From Sarea resinae (lineage: Eukaryota): a stretch of DNA of 64,000 nucleotides. The stretch covers positions 1-64,000 of the forward strand of contig JAPEUD010000001.1 of assembly GCA_026026165.1 (NCBI GenBank), given 5' to 3'. Below are positions 11,833 through 25,380 of this stretch, one piece after another (position 1 is the stretch's first letter; each line of letters starts with the position of its first letter). The position numbers and the translations under genes were made by a program. Below the pieces are notes generated by a model. That model was not told the origin of the DNA, searched no databases, and was given only the letters and a program-made list of their open reading frames with translations.

Positions 11833-13814
11833 CGCGTCGTCGTCGTCGTAGTAGTGGTGGTCAAAGATTCGGATTTGGGTGGGCAGAGGGTGCCTCACTG
11901 GCGAATTCGATCAGGGCTAGAGAGCAATGCGATCATCTATACGCCGTCGGCGTCGGCACGGGGACTTCTCGCGGTGATTCTAGGGCGGCTGGGGCCCAGT
12001 GGCAGATTTGAGCCGGTGAGGCTGTGACGTGGCGACAGAGCTATGGACATGCTGCGACTGAAGCTTTCAGGCCGAACGAGAGACATGGCTGTCAGACATC
12101 ATTATCATCAACATCTCTATCGTGAGCATGCACGGGTCTATAGGGCATGGGGCTCGACTCTCGAAAGGAACGGATGCTAATAAAGGTGAAAGGTAGGTCC
12201 GGGCATGGGAACAAGGGTCGACGGCAAGCTCCGTGGTCCTCCAGCTGTCCTTCCGCCGTCCGTCTGGGGATGAAAGAAAGGCAGCGATGAGAAGGAGGGA
12301 CAGAGCACGTCCAAGCAACGCCGTCCATGCTCAATCATGATTCTCGGAAGCTGAAGCCATCGTGACCCTCTCTCATCATGGTTGGGGTCCCGTCTCGTCT
12401 GTTCATTTCCTACCTACCTACTAGTCAGTCGTCCCTGCCTTCGAATCATCCCATTCCCTCATGTTCGTCTCATCATTACTCTCTCTACGGGGACACCCTC
12501 GGTGCAGCCTCAGAGTCAGGGTTCGTAGCGTCGAAGCATTGCTACTCGACTGTCTCAATAAGATCCTCAGATGGCTCCCATTGTGGACGGAGTACGGAGT
12601 AGGTATTGGAAGTATCACATACTAAACTCGTACGGCCTCGGCCCCCCCCGTTGTTCCCTGTTGTCGGTGGAGCTGGTTGGTTGGCGACCTGCCCTGACTC
12701 CCCTCGCTCGTATTCTGATCCAGAACGAGTAGCGGGTACGGCCTCCACCGCCCATTTCCTCGTGGATCGCCGGTACCTCTACGGCCCCCGTCCGAAGCTA
12801 CGCGGTTACGTGGTACCGCCCCGTTCTTTCCACCTTTCAACCAGGCAGGTAAGTGCCATCGTGCCATTGCTTCCTACCTATTCTTGCCATTGTTGCTCGA
12901 CCCTTCCGTAGTAAGGTGTACTGGAGCAGTAGCTGCTACCGACCTCCAGCTCTCACCCTCGTCATCCCGTCATCCCATCTCCGATCCTCTCGCCCTCTCT
13001 CTCTCTCTTGCTCACTCACTAGGTACTCTACCGTACTCTGTCCACACTGCACATTGACCTCCCTTCTCTCTCTCAACACCAAACATCACTCACTCTTCCT
13101 CATCATCACCACCACCTCCTCCTCCCACCACCACCACCACCCATCACCTATCACCACCACATCTTCATCTTTCCCTCCTTGACACTCTCTTTCGTCAACA
13201 TTCTCTCCTCTGCCTTTGACAATCGATCCCATTGGATCTTTACCATTGAGACAACTCGTCTTGCTACCTTTTCGCTGGTAACAGACTAAACGTCACCACC
13301 CCCCCCGTTCCTTGAACAGCCCTCGTGTCCTTCACCCGCGAGACCGGTCCTTATCCCACCAAGACTCCCATCCTTTCTCTCATCGCTCAGTCTTTGACCC
13401 AACCTCGATCTCGTAGCAATCACCTGACACCGTCGTCGCTCTGCATTGATTTGCTTCATCCAGTACCGAAAAGCACCACGACGTCTGTCGAGCAACAGAT
13501 CATACTGCTACCGCGACATCAAAGCCTCGTCGGAGAAAGAGTCACTTGAAACCCCCCACTCATTTGTTGCTCGGGATTGCACATCTGGCCGGCCAAGGGT
13601 GAGCTTGTTTGAGATTGGACATGGTTTTCGCGAGCGGTCCGAGCTTTCTTTGCTGACCCGATGCTGCTAGCTGACCGACAACTTCTCTTCATCGTGCCGC
13701 TGCAACACATTGAACCGTTTTGACCGGCTTTCTGACCATCGACGGTCCTCCGTTAGAAGGAGATCCTTTTGATCAATCTACTGCTGGCCATCACTCCCTC
13801 GCCGCAGAGCTATC

Positions 13815-16800
13815 ATGGATCAACAAGGACAGACCGGTGTTCCCGGCCCAGCGGGGCGGAGGTTACATATCGCTCATCGGCGAAGTCCCTCCGAATTGAC
13901 ACCTCTGATGAGTGAGTCCTTCTTTGATTGAGGCTGAATTGGGGCCGGTACTAATCATTTACAGTGGAACAACTCGCTATTCAGCAACAGATCGAATTAT
14001 TGCAGCAGCAGCAGCAACAGATACAAGCAACGCATCAGCAATATGTGAGCATGGGCATGATCCCATCGCATCAGCAGCTGCCTGGTTTGAACGCATTCTC
14101 TCCCGTCCAGCAGGGCCAGGTGACCAACATGTCTCCGCATGCGAACGCATTTCAATTCCCGCAACAGCTTCAACAGCAGCAACTTGGTGTGCCGATGAAT
14201 GCTCCCACGCAGCCATCGTCGCACCGACGTAACCAGTCAGCTCTCCCGAACATGGGTATGGGTCCACCGCCAGCACCCTCTGCCGGTGCCTCGGGGTCCA
14301 TGTACAGTGACATCAACCAACCAGGTCCGGGTGCGGGCCAGAGCCGCGAGAACTCGGGACACCGTGGTGGCCGTGGTGGTCATGCACCCCAGGGTCATAT
14401 CCGTCGTCATTCGCTAGCCCTACCGGAAGCCAAGAAGGCGGCGGAGATGGCGCAGCAAAAACGGACGACCTCGGGATTTCAATTCCCTATCCCTGGAGCG
14501 GCAGGTGCCACTGCGGCCGGTTCGGATAGGGCCGACAGCCCTAATACCGCCGAGGACAGAGCTGGTCAAAGTCAACAGCCAGGGATCGGCAATCTCAGTG
14601 CTCGGAGCGGGAATAGCGGTGCCAGAGGCGGTGGCCATGGCAGGAGCCAGAGCATGGCTGTCGGTAGCGGTCGAAGCCCTGCAACAGCTCGCGGTGCTGG
14701 TGGGTTCCAGTTCCCGCCACCGGCGGCGACCAATGATGCCGGCGCCGGCGCTCAGAATGGGCAATCCGATTTCCAGCGACGAGCCAGCGCCGGTGGCCAT
14801 GCCCGGAATTCGTCTAGGAATTTCGAAGGCAACTGGAGGCAGCAACAAAACAATCAGAATCAATTGCAAGAGAATCAGAATCAGAACCAAGGTTCGATGG
14901 GCAACTTCAGCCAACCGCAAAACCCCAACGCGGGCATCTTTCAGCCCGGCCACCGCGCCAGGTCTTCCATGAGTCAATCGATCAGCGGTATGGGATCCTT
15001 TGGATATCCCGCCCAGCCTCAGCTGGTGCAGCTGCCTCAGGGCTCAATGATGCTAGGCCAACCGCAGCTCTTTGGCGGACAGCAGCTTAACCAACTTCAA
15101 CTTCAGCAGCTGCAGGCTATGCAGGCTGCGCAACTGAACGGCCAGCAGGTCCCTGGGCTCCAAGGAAGCCAACATGCCCAACAGCCACAGCTGTCCGCTC
15201 AACAGCAACAACAACAGCGTAAAACGCTCTTCACTCCTTATCTTCCCCAGGCGAGCCTGCCAGCCTTGCTCGGCGACGGCCAGCTGGTGGCTGGTATCCT
15301 GAGGGTGAACAAGAAGAATCGCAGTGACGCGTATGTTACCACAACAGATCTCGACGCAGACATCTTTATTTGTGGCAGCAAAGACCGAAATCGAGCACTC
15401 GAGGGTGACAATGTCGCCATCGAGCTCTTGGATGTAGATGAGGTGTGGGGGCAGAAGCGAGAGAAGGAAGAGAAGAAGAAGCGTAAAGATATCACCGATA
15501 CCCGCTCTGGTGGCAGTAATGCCGGCAATGACAAGCCTGGCAGGAGTGACTCGAATGCCAATGGAGACAGTCAAGGTAATGAGGGTGGCGTGAGGCGACG
15601 GGGCAGCTTGAGACAGCGCCCTACGCAAAAGAAGAATGACGATGTTGAAGTCGAGGGGCAAAGCCTCCTCTTGATGGAGGAAGAAGAAGTCAACGACGAG
15701 CAAAAGCCGCTTTACGCTGGACATGTTGTTGCAGTCATTGAGCGCGTGGCAGGTCAGATGTTCTCTGGGTAAGCTACTACACCTCTCCGCCATGATCGAC
15801 GAAAGCTAATGGATTACCGCAGAACTCTTGGCTTGCTTCGCCCCAGCAGTCAGGCCACCAAGGAGAAGCAAGAAGCAGAACGCCAAGCCCGTGAAGGCGG
15901 ATCTGGTCGTCAGCAACAGGACCGCCACCAGGAGAAGCCGAAGATTGTCTGGTTCAAGCCGACCGACAAGAGAGTGCCGTTGATCGCCATCCCTACCGAA
16001 CAGGCTCCGCGCGATTTTGTCGAGAAGCACCAAGATTATGCCAATCGTATCTTTGTGGCGTGCATCAAGCGATGGCCCATCACCTCTCTTCACCCCTTCG
16101 GAACCCTCGTGGAGCAGCTCGGAGAGATGGGTGATCTCAAGGTCGAAACGGACGCACTCCTTCGCGACAACAACTTCGGTCCCGATGAATTCTCTGATGC
16201 CGTTTTGAAAAACGTCGGCTTTGAAGATTGGTCCGTGTCCAAGGAGGGAGAAGATGCGCTTGCTTCTCGCCGGGACTTCCGCGAGGAAAACACATTCACC
16301 ATTGATCCAAATGGCTCACAGGAACTCGAAGACGCCCTCCACGTCAAGACTCTTGATGACGGCAAGCTCGAGATTGGTGTCCACGTTGCCGACGTCGCAC
16401 ATTTCATCAAGGCCAACTCCCTGGTCGATCGGGAAGCCAAGAAGCGTGGCACCGGAGTCTTTTTGATGAATCGTGCGGTTAACATGCTGCCGTCAAAGCT
16501 CTCGTCGGAGATCTGTTCCCTGGTCCCAGGCGAGGACCGATTCACCGTCAGTGTTGTCTTCAAGGTTGATGCCCAAAACGGAAAGCTCTATGATGATGCC
16601 ACCTGGATCGGCAAGTCTGTTATCAGAAGCTCCAGCAAGCTGTCTTACGATGACGTTGATGCTGTCATGGCCGGAACTGGTTCGTTCGAGCCGGCTATGG
16701 TTGAGAACATCAAAACCTTATTCGTAAGTTGTCCTCATATCTCCTTGTCCCCTCATGACTGATATCGTCGCAGGCGATTAGCAAGAAATTCCGTGAGGGT

Positions 16801-18285
16801 AGATTTGGCTCCCGTCCGGAGGATGTTCCTTCTCTTCGGCTGTTCTTCCAGCTGGATGATGAGAATGTCCCAGTTGAATACAACATCTTCAACTCTTCCC
16901 CCGCTCACGAGCTGATTGAGGAGCTAAGCCATAAAGCGAACTCGTTTGTCGCGCAGAAGCTCGCCGCTGCTCTGCCGGAGAAAGCGTTCCTACGTCGCCA
17001 AGGTCCACCAAACCCCCGGCGCCTGCAGACTTTTGCCGAGAGGATGAATAGAATTGGTCACGAGATCGATATAACCACTAGTGGCACTTTACAAAATAGT
17101 TTGTTCGATGTTGAAGATGCTGATATTCGCAAGGTCAGTCCTTATTCGAAATGGTTGATGTGATCTGTGCTTAACACCTTTGCAGGGAATGGAGACTCTT
17201 CTCGTTAAGACGATGCAACGTGCCAAATACTTCGTGGCCGGGAAGACTCCCGAGCAATCATACTCTCACTATGCTCTGAATCTGCCATTGTATACGCACT
17301 TTACCAACCCCACACGACGATACGTGGATATCATTGTTCACCGTCAACTGGAGGCTGTTCTCTCCAACGGTGCCATCGACTTCACCGAAGACATTGAATC
17401 CCTGATGAAGACCGCGGAGCAATCCAACACCAAGAAGGATTCCGCGCAGATTGCTCAAGAACAGAGCGTCCATATCGAGTCCTGCCGAGTGATTGACAAG
17501 AAGAGACAGGAGCTTGGCGGCGACCTCGTCAGCGAGGGTATCGTCATTTGCGTCTACGAGTCAGCCTTTGACGTTCTGATCCCCGAATATGGCTTTGAGA
17601 AACGCGTGCACTGCGATCAACTTCCCTTGAAAAAGGCCGAGTTTGATAAGAATAAGCGCGTTCTCGAACTATACTGGGAGAAAGGAGTTGCTTCGTCCGC
17701 ATACATTCCCGAAGACGAACGGCCAAAGGCCGGCTCTTCGAGGGCCGCCAATGCTGCAGCTGCAGCTCGCGAGGCCGAAGCTGCAAAGCAACAGGCCAAG
17801 GCTCTCGAGGAGGCGCAGAGGAAGCAAATGGACACCGGCACCATGTCCACCGATGACGTCGATGCTTTGTTCGACGATGATGAGGATGTTGCATCCGAGA
17901 TCACCGAGCCGGCCGCGGGCGTTTCTCTCAACCAGTCAAGTGATCGTCCGACTCAGAGTATGCCGCCATCACCTACTCGAAACGGTACCACGTCAGAACA
18001 AGGTCCACACCGAACTCGATCGGACTCCAAGCTTACTGCAGGTAACACGGAGACTCCGGAAGCCAAGGTCACGGACAAGGAGAAATATCTCAGCTGGTTC
18101 AAATTGAGGGAGCAAAATGGTGATCATATCCAGGACGTGACGGAGATGACACGGGTACCGGTGATTTTGAAGACGGACATGAGCAAGAGTCCACCGTATG
18201 TTTCGCTGATGGGTTTCCTTCTGAGTAGTGCTGACTTGACTCTAGTTGCTTGACCATCCGCTCGCTGAATCCCTATGCCCTTTAG
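13815..18285 (+). CDS. SSD1: RNA-binding RNase II/RNB-family pseudonuclease Ssd1/GUL-1 (introns ~13912-13963, 15769-15822, 16724-16773, 17134-17185, 18196-18245)
   Basis: RRLHIAHRRSPSELTPLM N-terminus, Q-rich disordered region, RKTLFTPYLPQA, DIFICGSKDRNRALEGD, RNB domain HYALNLPLYTHFTNPTRRY, C-terminal SKSPPCLTIRSLNPYAL. Confidence 0.96.
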
Positions 18286-19029
18286 GCTACCTGTGGACTC
18301 TCGATATATCGTACCTAGTATTTATTTTGGAGGCCAGCCCATACAATCGACTCTATCTTATAATCCCCCGATACATATCAGGGAGATCGGACAGATTCAG
18401 ATCTCGAAGCTTACGATCGGTTACATAATCGCACGTCAGTCCTTGATCGTCCAGTCATTTCTTAGCCTTTTCTATTTAGAGTTCATTTTTTTGCAGCCGT
18501 CATTGACGTAGCATTAGCGCTTGCCTTACTCCCCTGTTTTGTAATTGCCAGCCTATAGCAGACACTAAGATGATGAGGGGAGGACAGACAGCAGGTTCGT
18601 CTGGGGGAGAGGGTTATTGAGGAAAATTGCAGCAAGATTGATGAGAAGATGCAGGGTCGACGGTTGCACTCAAGATGGTGAATACGGGGGTGGCGGAATG
18701 GAAGGGGACGAGTGGGAGATGGAGATGTGAAGAGGTTCCGAGGATGGATCTCTCAAGGTTTTTGTTATGCTAGCGCAGACAATGGCTAGATACTCGCTCC
18801 TCTGGTTGAGGCCCGTGATTGTGGAAGGTACAGGGTGGTGCAGTATTTCATTTAGTTCACTTCATTGTTTGATTGATTACACCACGTATGTATACGACTA
18901 ATTCGATGCTGTCCTCGATGTCGTTTCCGGCCAATTTCGGGTCATGCGTAGTGTTGAGAAATTGTAGGCTTTTGATATATTTTAATGTCCGTCGAACCAG
19001 GCCGTGCTGATCTTGATCTCTGTTCACCT

Positions 19030-21166
19030 ACGAATGAGGTATGAAGTATGAGGTATGAGGTATGAGGTTTGAGGTTTGAGGTTTGAGGTTTGAGATATGA
19101 GGCCACGAGCTATGAGGACATGAGGCTTGGAAGACAACGAAGCACTCCACTCACTCATCCACTCACTCACTCACTCACCGCCTTCGGGAAATCCCGTCGT
19201 CCCGCTCTAGCTCCTCTAGCTAGGTAGGCGGGAAACCCCACTTCGCACGTCGGAGATAACCATTCTGCCGTCTGCCGGCACGTCGCATCCATCTCTATCT
19301 GCTACCCCATTTGTTCTTTGTTGCCAAAGAGGGGAAAGGAAAAGAAAGGACTGTCTCCCTGCTTGCTCTGAGAGAGGAAGGAAAAAGAGAAGAGAGAGAG
19401 GAGAGACAGAGGTGGAGTGATTGATACCTGGTTGGTCGATGGCCTTGTTTTCGTAGTAGATGGATGTTGCTCTGCTGACCTTTTGATAGTGTCGCAGCGG
19501 CTGTTCTGGTAGAAAGGGGGAAGGATTATAAGGAAAAAGGAAATATGGGCGGTAAGATTCTATTGAGCTTTTCTCTCTCTCGCTCTCTTTTAGCTTCACT
19601 GGAGGAGCTTGGTTACATTTCTCTGGGCCCCTTTCCTGGATTCTGAATTGATATTCATTTTTATTAACCCCCCCCCACAAAAAAACACACACACATCTCG
19701 CAATCTACAAAAGCCTCTCGTCCTATCTACTTTGCTTAATGACGATAAGCTCATGAATTCGCTTTCCAACAGGCTCGTCCCTCTGGCTCGTTCCCCACCC
19801 GGACTCGGCCCTGTACCGGACTCTCTCGACGCTGATCACGACGACGGTGCCCGCACTCCTGGCATCCGAAGATGCTGAACACACGGACGAGAAGCGCGGG
19901 CAAGACGGGAAGGGGGATGAAGGGAGTGGGAGTGAGAGTGGGAGATCAACGCCGCCGCCGCCGGTGTTTATACCCCATCTGACGCTCACGGCGGATGTGC
20001 CTATTTCTTCATATGCTGGTACTGCTGGTGGTGCTGGAGGCCCGCAGGAGTGGCTTGAGGGGCTGGAATTGCCTTTGTTTTCGGTGCCCGCGACGGGGAC
20101 GAGGGCGGATGATAGTGCTGGCACTGGCACGGGCACTGTCACTGTCACGAGGACCCCGAGCGTGCATTTCACCCATCTAGCCGTCGGCAACACATTCGTC
20201 ACGAAAGTCACGCTGAGGGTCGAGAAGACGACCGAGCTGAAGGCGTTGGCTGCGGCGTGTAGGGCTGGTGGTGGTGTTGCTGGGGCTGGGGCCGGGGCTG
20301 GGGGAGAGAGGGGAGCAGAGGAGTGGGCGGAGCGGTCGTGGAGGCCGCATGTTAGTCTACTTTAGTGAGTTGGTTCTTGTGATTTTTTTGTTTTTGCTGT
20401 TGTCAGGGGTTGGAGTGGTGGGGTTCTGGTGTTGTTTGGTTGAGTGGTGGGGGGGGAAAAGAGGAGAAGAGGAGAAGTGAGGACAAGTGAGGAGAAGAGA
20501 AGACAGGAAGAACAAATTAAGAACAGCAGCTAACACCTCTCCCTCCCTCCCTCCCTCCCTCCCTCCAGCTCCTCCATCTCCATCTCGCCTGCACTTCAAG
20601 CACGCTTCCAAGCCGCCGTCGCCGCGGCCGGTATATCCCTTTCCTCGAACGGCGATCCCGATTCGAAGTCCAGACCTCACAACGATGACAACGATGGTGA
20701 AGGTGACGGCGATGGTGGAAGCACATCTCTCGATGATGGATGGCGCGGCTGTACGATTCAATTAGTAAGTCTCCACCCTCTTCTAGCCCTGGAAGGGTCG
20801 TCTCATTGAGGTTTCTTCATTTTGATGGATGTGAGATTTTGTCTGATTTGCATTGTGCTTTTACTTTTACTTTTACTTTTACTTTTACTTTTACTTTTAC
20901 TCTTACTTTTTACTTTCACAAAATAGAGAGAGAGAGCGCGCGCGAGGCCGGAAGACCACTTTGAGGTGGTGGTGGTGGTGGCGCTGCTGCTGATGACGAC
21001 GATGACGATAATGACGATGATAAAAATGACGAGGCAGAGGAACATATACTCACATACCTACCTCATCCATCTACTAATATATCTTTCTATCTGATAGGTG
21101 CCCACCTACAAGCCCATTCCCGAATGGAGCTGTCTCGCCGAGAGGGGGATCTGAATCGACTATGAT

Positions 21167-21198
<32 letters not shown>

Positions 21199-22270
21199 TA
21201 TAACAAAAGCGATGGCTACGAGCACGAGTACGAGTACGATTACGAGTACGGGTATGATTAGGGATAGGAGTATGACTGCAGGTACAAGTACAAATATAGC
21301 TATGAATACAGCCAAGATCACAGCTATAACTACAAGGAGAGCTATAGCTACGATGACGAGTATATATAAAAAAAAACGAAAAAAAAAAAGCTACGGCTAC
21401 AGCTACGATTCCAACGACTAGGATTGCGAGTACGGCTATAATATATAACACCTAACGTATAAATATGAACTATGACTGGAATCAGAGATACGGCTATGAC
21501 TATAAGAAGAGCTACTACAACTATCGATATAACTACAAATGTAACAAGAGCTACGGCTACGGCTACGGCTACGGCTACGGCTACGGCTACGGCTACGGCT
21601 ACGGCTACGGTTACGATTACAGCTACGAGCACGAGCACAATGGCAGTCAGCGGCTCGGGCACGATCTCGACTACTAACATCAATACGATTACAACCACGA
21701 TGATAGCCATGACCGTCCCATCCCATCATCCACTTACTCAATCGATCAATCAATTAGCTATACATCCATCCATCTATCCATGCACGCATAGCATCACCGA
21801 ATGAGAATGAGAATGAGAATGAGAATGAGAATGCGAATGAGAATGCGAATAAGAATAGTACCAGTAGTATGTATGTCTGTATGTATCTTGACTATTGATA
21901 TATGTATGTCATATGTGTGTGTGTGTGTGTGTGTCGGAATACAATATGTAGACGAATGACAAGAAAGTCCTCAAAGGGGGCCGCTACCCTTTTAGCTTGA
22001 TGTCCGACAATGTGCATGTATGTGTGTGTGTGTGTGTGCACGTGTTGTCCTGTATCGTACGGCAGGAAATCTCCAGCTAGATGGATAGCTTGCTAGCTTG
22101 AATGAGTGTGAATGAATGGATGGATGGATGGATGGATGGGTGGGTATTTTGGATGATGGACATCGTAGATGATGGATCGAAAAAGGGATAGGAGTATAGA
22201 GGGGATAGGTGGTATTTTGGGATATATTAATGCTATTTTATGCTATGCTATGCCATGCCATGCTATGCCA
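19030..22270. repeat. Microsatellite-dense region: (GGTWTGA)n ~19035-19100, (CACT)n, (CCCT)n, (TTTTAC)n ~20858-20914, (GAC)n, (GCTACG)n ~21550-21612, (GAGAAT)n, (GT)n, (GGAT)n
   Basis: Tandem arrays visible directly in the sequence. Confidence 0.9.
19545..21154 (+). CDS. CPD1: 2',3'-cyclic nucleotide / ADP-ribose-1'',2''-cyclic phosphodiesterase, 2H family (exons 19545-19551, 19773-20364, 20569-20764, 21098-21154)
   Basis: Spliced product MGGSSLWLVPHPDS...FIPHLTLT...WRPHVSLLYS...GWRGCTIQLVPTYKPIPEWSCLAERGI with two HxT/HxS catalytic motifs; all junctions are in frame. Confidence 0.82.
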
Positions 22271-22463
22271 TGCCCGTGGGCGTCTGTCATGCTGATTCTT
22301 TTGTTCCATGCCTTCCCATCCAGTCCATCCAGTTCATGCCGTACCAGCCAATTACCCATCCATCCATCGCACGCACGCAAGCAGCCAAAGACCTTGATTA
22401 AATTCGCAGAAGATAAAATAAAACAACAAACACCTTTTTCCCCGAGCCCAGAAATCTTACAAT

Positions 22464-23283
22464 CTAAAGAAACGAAGCAGCCAGCGCGACGGCGACGGCG
22501 GCGCTACCCGCGGAGAGAAGACTCGAATAAGGGGCGAGAAGGCCGGCGGCGGCGGCGGCAGACGAGGATTTCGTCGAGGTGGACGAAGCTGACGAGCCCG
22601 TGGCTGTGCCCGAGGAGCCCGAGGACGATGACGCGGTCGTCGAGCCCGAGGCCGAAGCCGACGAGCCTGAGCCTGAGGCGGATGCGGATGCGGATGCGCT
22701 TGAGCCGGACGCCGAGGCCGAGGCCGATGAGCCAGATGCTGAGGCGGACGAGTTGCGTGTCGATGACGCGCCCACCACTGTGCCGTTGACTACGGGCACA
22801 GGCACGTGCGTCGTCAGCGAGCTGAAGGAGCCGGTGCCGGTGCCGGCCGCCGAGGACGACACGAGCGGCACGGGGCGGTGCGTGGTGATGGTGCTGAAAG
22901 TGCCTGTGGCCGAAGAGGCGGACACCATGGGCCCGCCTGGCTGCGACGATGCGGACGAATCAGACGAAGCATCCGAAGCGGACGAGGCGTCCGAGGAGAA
23001 TGAGGCTGCTACGGGCTGTGTGGTGATGGCGCTGGGCTGCGAGGTCGCAGCTACGGGCTGCGTGGTCACGACGGTCGGCATGCCGGTTATCACGCCCAGC
23101 GAGTTGGTCTGGGACGTGTAGGATGTGAAGGGGTTGGTGTAGGATGTCTGTGTCGTGATTGTATTAGTATGATGGATTGATAGAGATGGGGGGCATAGGA
23201 CGTACGTCTGAGGAGTCGGCCGCGAGGGCGAGGGTGAAGAGGGAGAGGGAGATGGGGAGGGAGATGAGCGTTGAGGTGCGCAT
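22464..23283 (-). CDS. Putative GPI-anchored Ser/Ala/Thr-rich cell-surface protein (exons 23283-23206, 23147-22464)
   Basis: Signal peptide MRTSTLISLPISLSLFTLALA, then TSYTNPFTSYTSQTNSLGVITGMPTVVTTQP, an S/A-rich stalk and a hydrophobic C-terminus (SSSAAAAAG...AAVAVALAASFL). Confidence 0.8.
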
Positions 23284-25380
23284 GGCGGCGGTGGTGATGG
23301 TGATGGTTATGTGTTTGCGAGGTGAGAAGCTTGCTGGCTTGGTGGTGTCGAGAAGTGGATATGAATTGGAGGAGATGGAGGCCAAGACAAGAGGTAGACG
23401 AGCAAGGCGAAGACTAGATCTTCCTTTATGACTCGACTCTTGCAAAAAGAAATGTGCAGTTCGTCTGCTCTTCCGTTCCCAGTGACGTGACAAGAAGGAT
23501 ATTCACTTGGGCCAACTGGCAGTCAACAATCTCAACAATGATCACGCAGAGGCGATGACGGACGAGGACGACGACAACAGCGGCGACGAGGACAATGACA
23601 GTCAATGAGGGTTGAGAACGTGTGAATGGTCTATCATGTGTAGATGTCACGTCTCAAGAGTAATTGCTGAGCAGACAAAAGAACAAGAGACACAATGGGG
23701 CCAGGACAGAGCGCGTGCGATATTTATCTCGGTGCCCCTGCGCCTCCCTGCCTCACCGTTGTGTTGCGTGGCCATGGTGCTATTCCCCGTTTCCCCAGCC
23801 AACCGACCACCCAACCAACCACCTAAGCCGTGATGCAGGATCGTGATGGCCCGTCCAGCCACTCGCTCGCATTGTATTGAAGCCAGAGATGAACTAGAAC
23901 TAGAGTGCCCTGATCCCGGGGTGTAGACTGCGTACCTGCCTCCACATATTCAAAGTACATGTACTCGGTCTTGAACCCCTGGGCCTCCCCGCCCCGTGCG
24001 AGCGAGTGGCTATATTTACCCCTGTCTCACGTCGTTTCGAGTCGAGCTCGTTCGTTGGCCAGGGAACAAGTCCCAGGACTTGATTGCTCGACCGAAGAAA
24101 GAAGAAAGATGCTATCTCGGGCTGCCACCGACTCCCTCGCTACTCGCTCGTCGTACTCGGAGAGTCCCTCTCGTCGTACGGTGATCAGCATACCCGCTAC
24201 GTGGTCTCGGGGGGCTCAAGAAGCTTGTTTCGGATGATGTGTACGACTGACTGCGCACGGCGGAACTAAGTTGACACTGCCTCCAACGGCTTCGTCCTCG
24301 AGCAGCGTAGTAGAGTAGAGAACGACCAGCTACAGTGCCTACTCCGTAGAGAGGCTATATAAGGATACAGTACGAATACGAATTCATGACCTAACAAAGC
24401 AGGAAGAGAGCCCGAGACGCTTGTACCCATACCCGTACCCGTACCGCAGCAGCCTCCCGACGTACAGTATGCCCGAGAATCATGAGATCGCAACTTCCAG
24501 ATCCGTCCTAGAGAGACGCGATGGCAATCACAAATAGGAAGGCATTTATTATTACTCCGTGGACTATCGCAGGACCGGCCAGGGAAGAGAAACAAAGGGG
24601 GACGGAGGCGAAAAGGGACAGGGAAAGGAAAAGGGGCGAGCGATTGGCCCGGTTTTCTTCTAGAAAGTACTCGTACTCGTAGTGGACATCATTGATGATG
24701 CCGTACCTCATTACCTCTGATAATGATTTTCTCGTCTTCCAAGGTTGTTCATGTCAATAGCAATGTCCGAAGTCCATGTCCCATCACAATACCAATCTCG
24801 TTAGCGAAGGCAATGGCGAAAGGGAAGGCGAAGGCGAGGGCTCATCTCCGCACCCGCGCTAGACCTTGATAGGAATCTCGTTTACATCTGCATCGATCTT
24901 CGATATCCAATTCACATACAGTTGGAGTAGGTGAATGCTACTATTGGTATTCGACAGTCTGTCTATTTATTACCTAATTATCATCGTCATTATCGTCATC
25001 ATCACCATCGTTATGCATGAGAGGTAGACACAACGACGCGACAGCTCGGGCAGGCTAGCTGGGTTGAGTAAACGACCGACCTACCTCCCTGGGTAAACCC
25101 ACCCCATACTGTACGTTTCCTCTCTACGTGAGGTATGACATGGCCGCGCCCATCCACCGAGGCATATTCGATGAGATCGAGAATGAGAAAAATGCTGATA
25201 GGGGAAGCGAGTGGGTAGATGGGTGCTTCCTACATGAGGGAGATAGGTTACGTAAGGTAGGTATGAAGGAGGCAAGCCAGGAAGCGGGCAGTATTGTCCT
25301 TTTCGTGTCCATTTATTGGCCCACCTAGGCCTTGCTTGACACTAAAGTCATACATTCTGGTAACCATTCGTTCTGGTAAG

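Noticed and set aside
21348..21804. ORFs with (YG)n, (AT)n, (VA)n and (SR)n repeats
   Set aside because: Translations of the (GCTACG)n microsatellite in different frames.
22579..23121. Acidic 180-aa plus-strand ORF
   Set aside because: Antisense shadow of the GPI-anchored protein gene, which has a signal peptide, an intron and a GPI tail.
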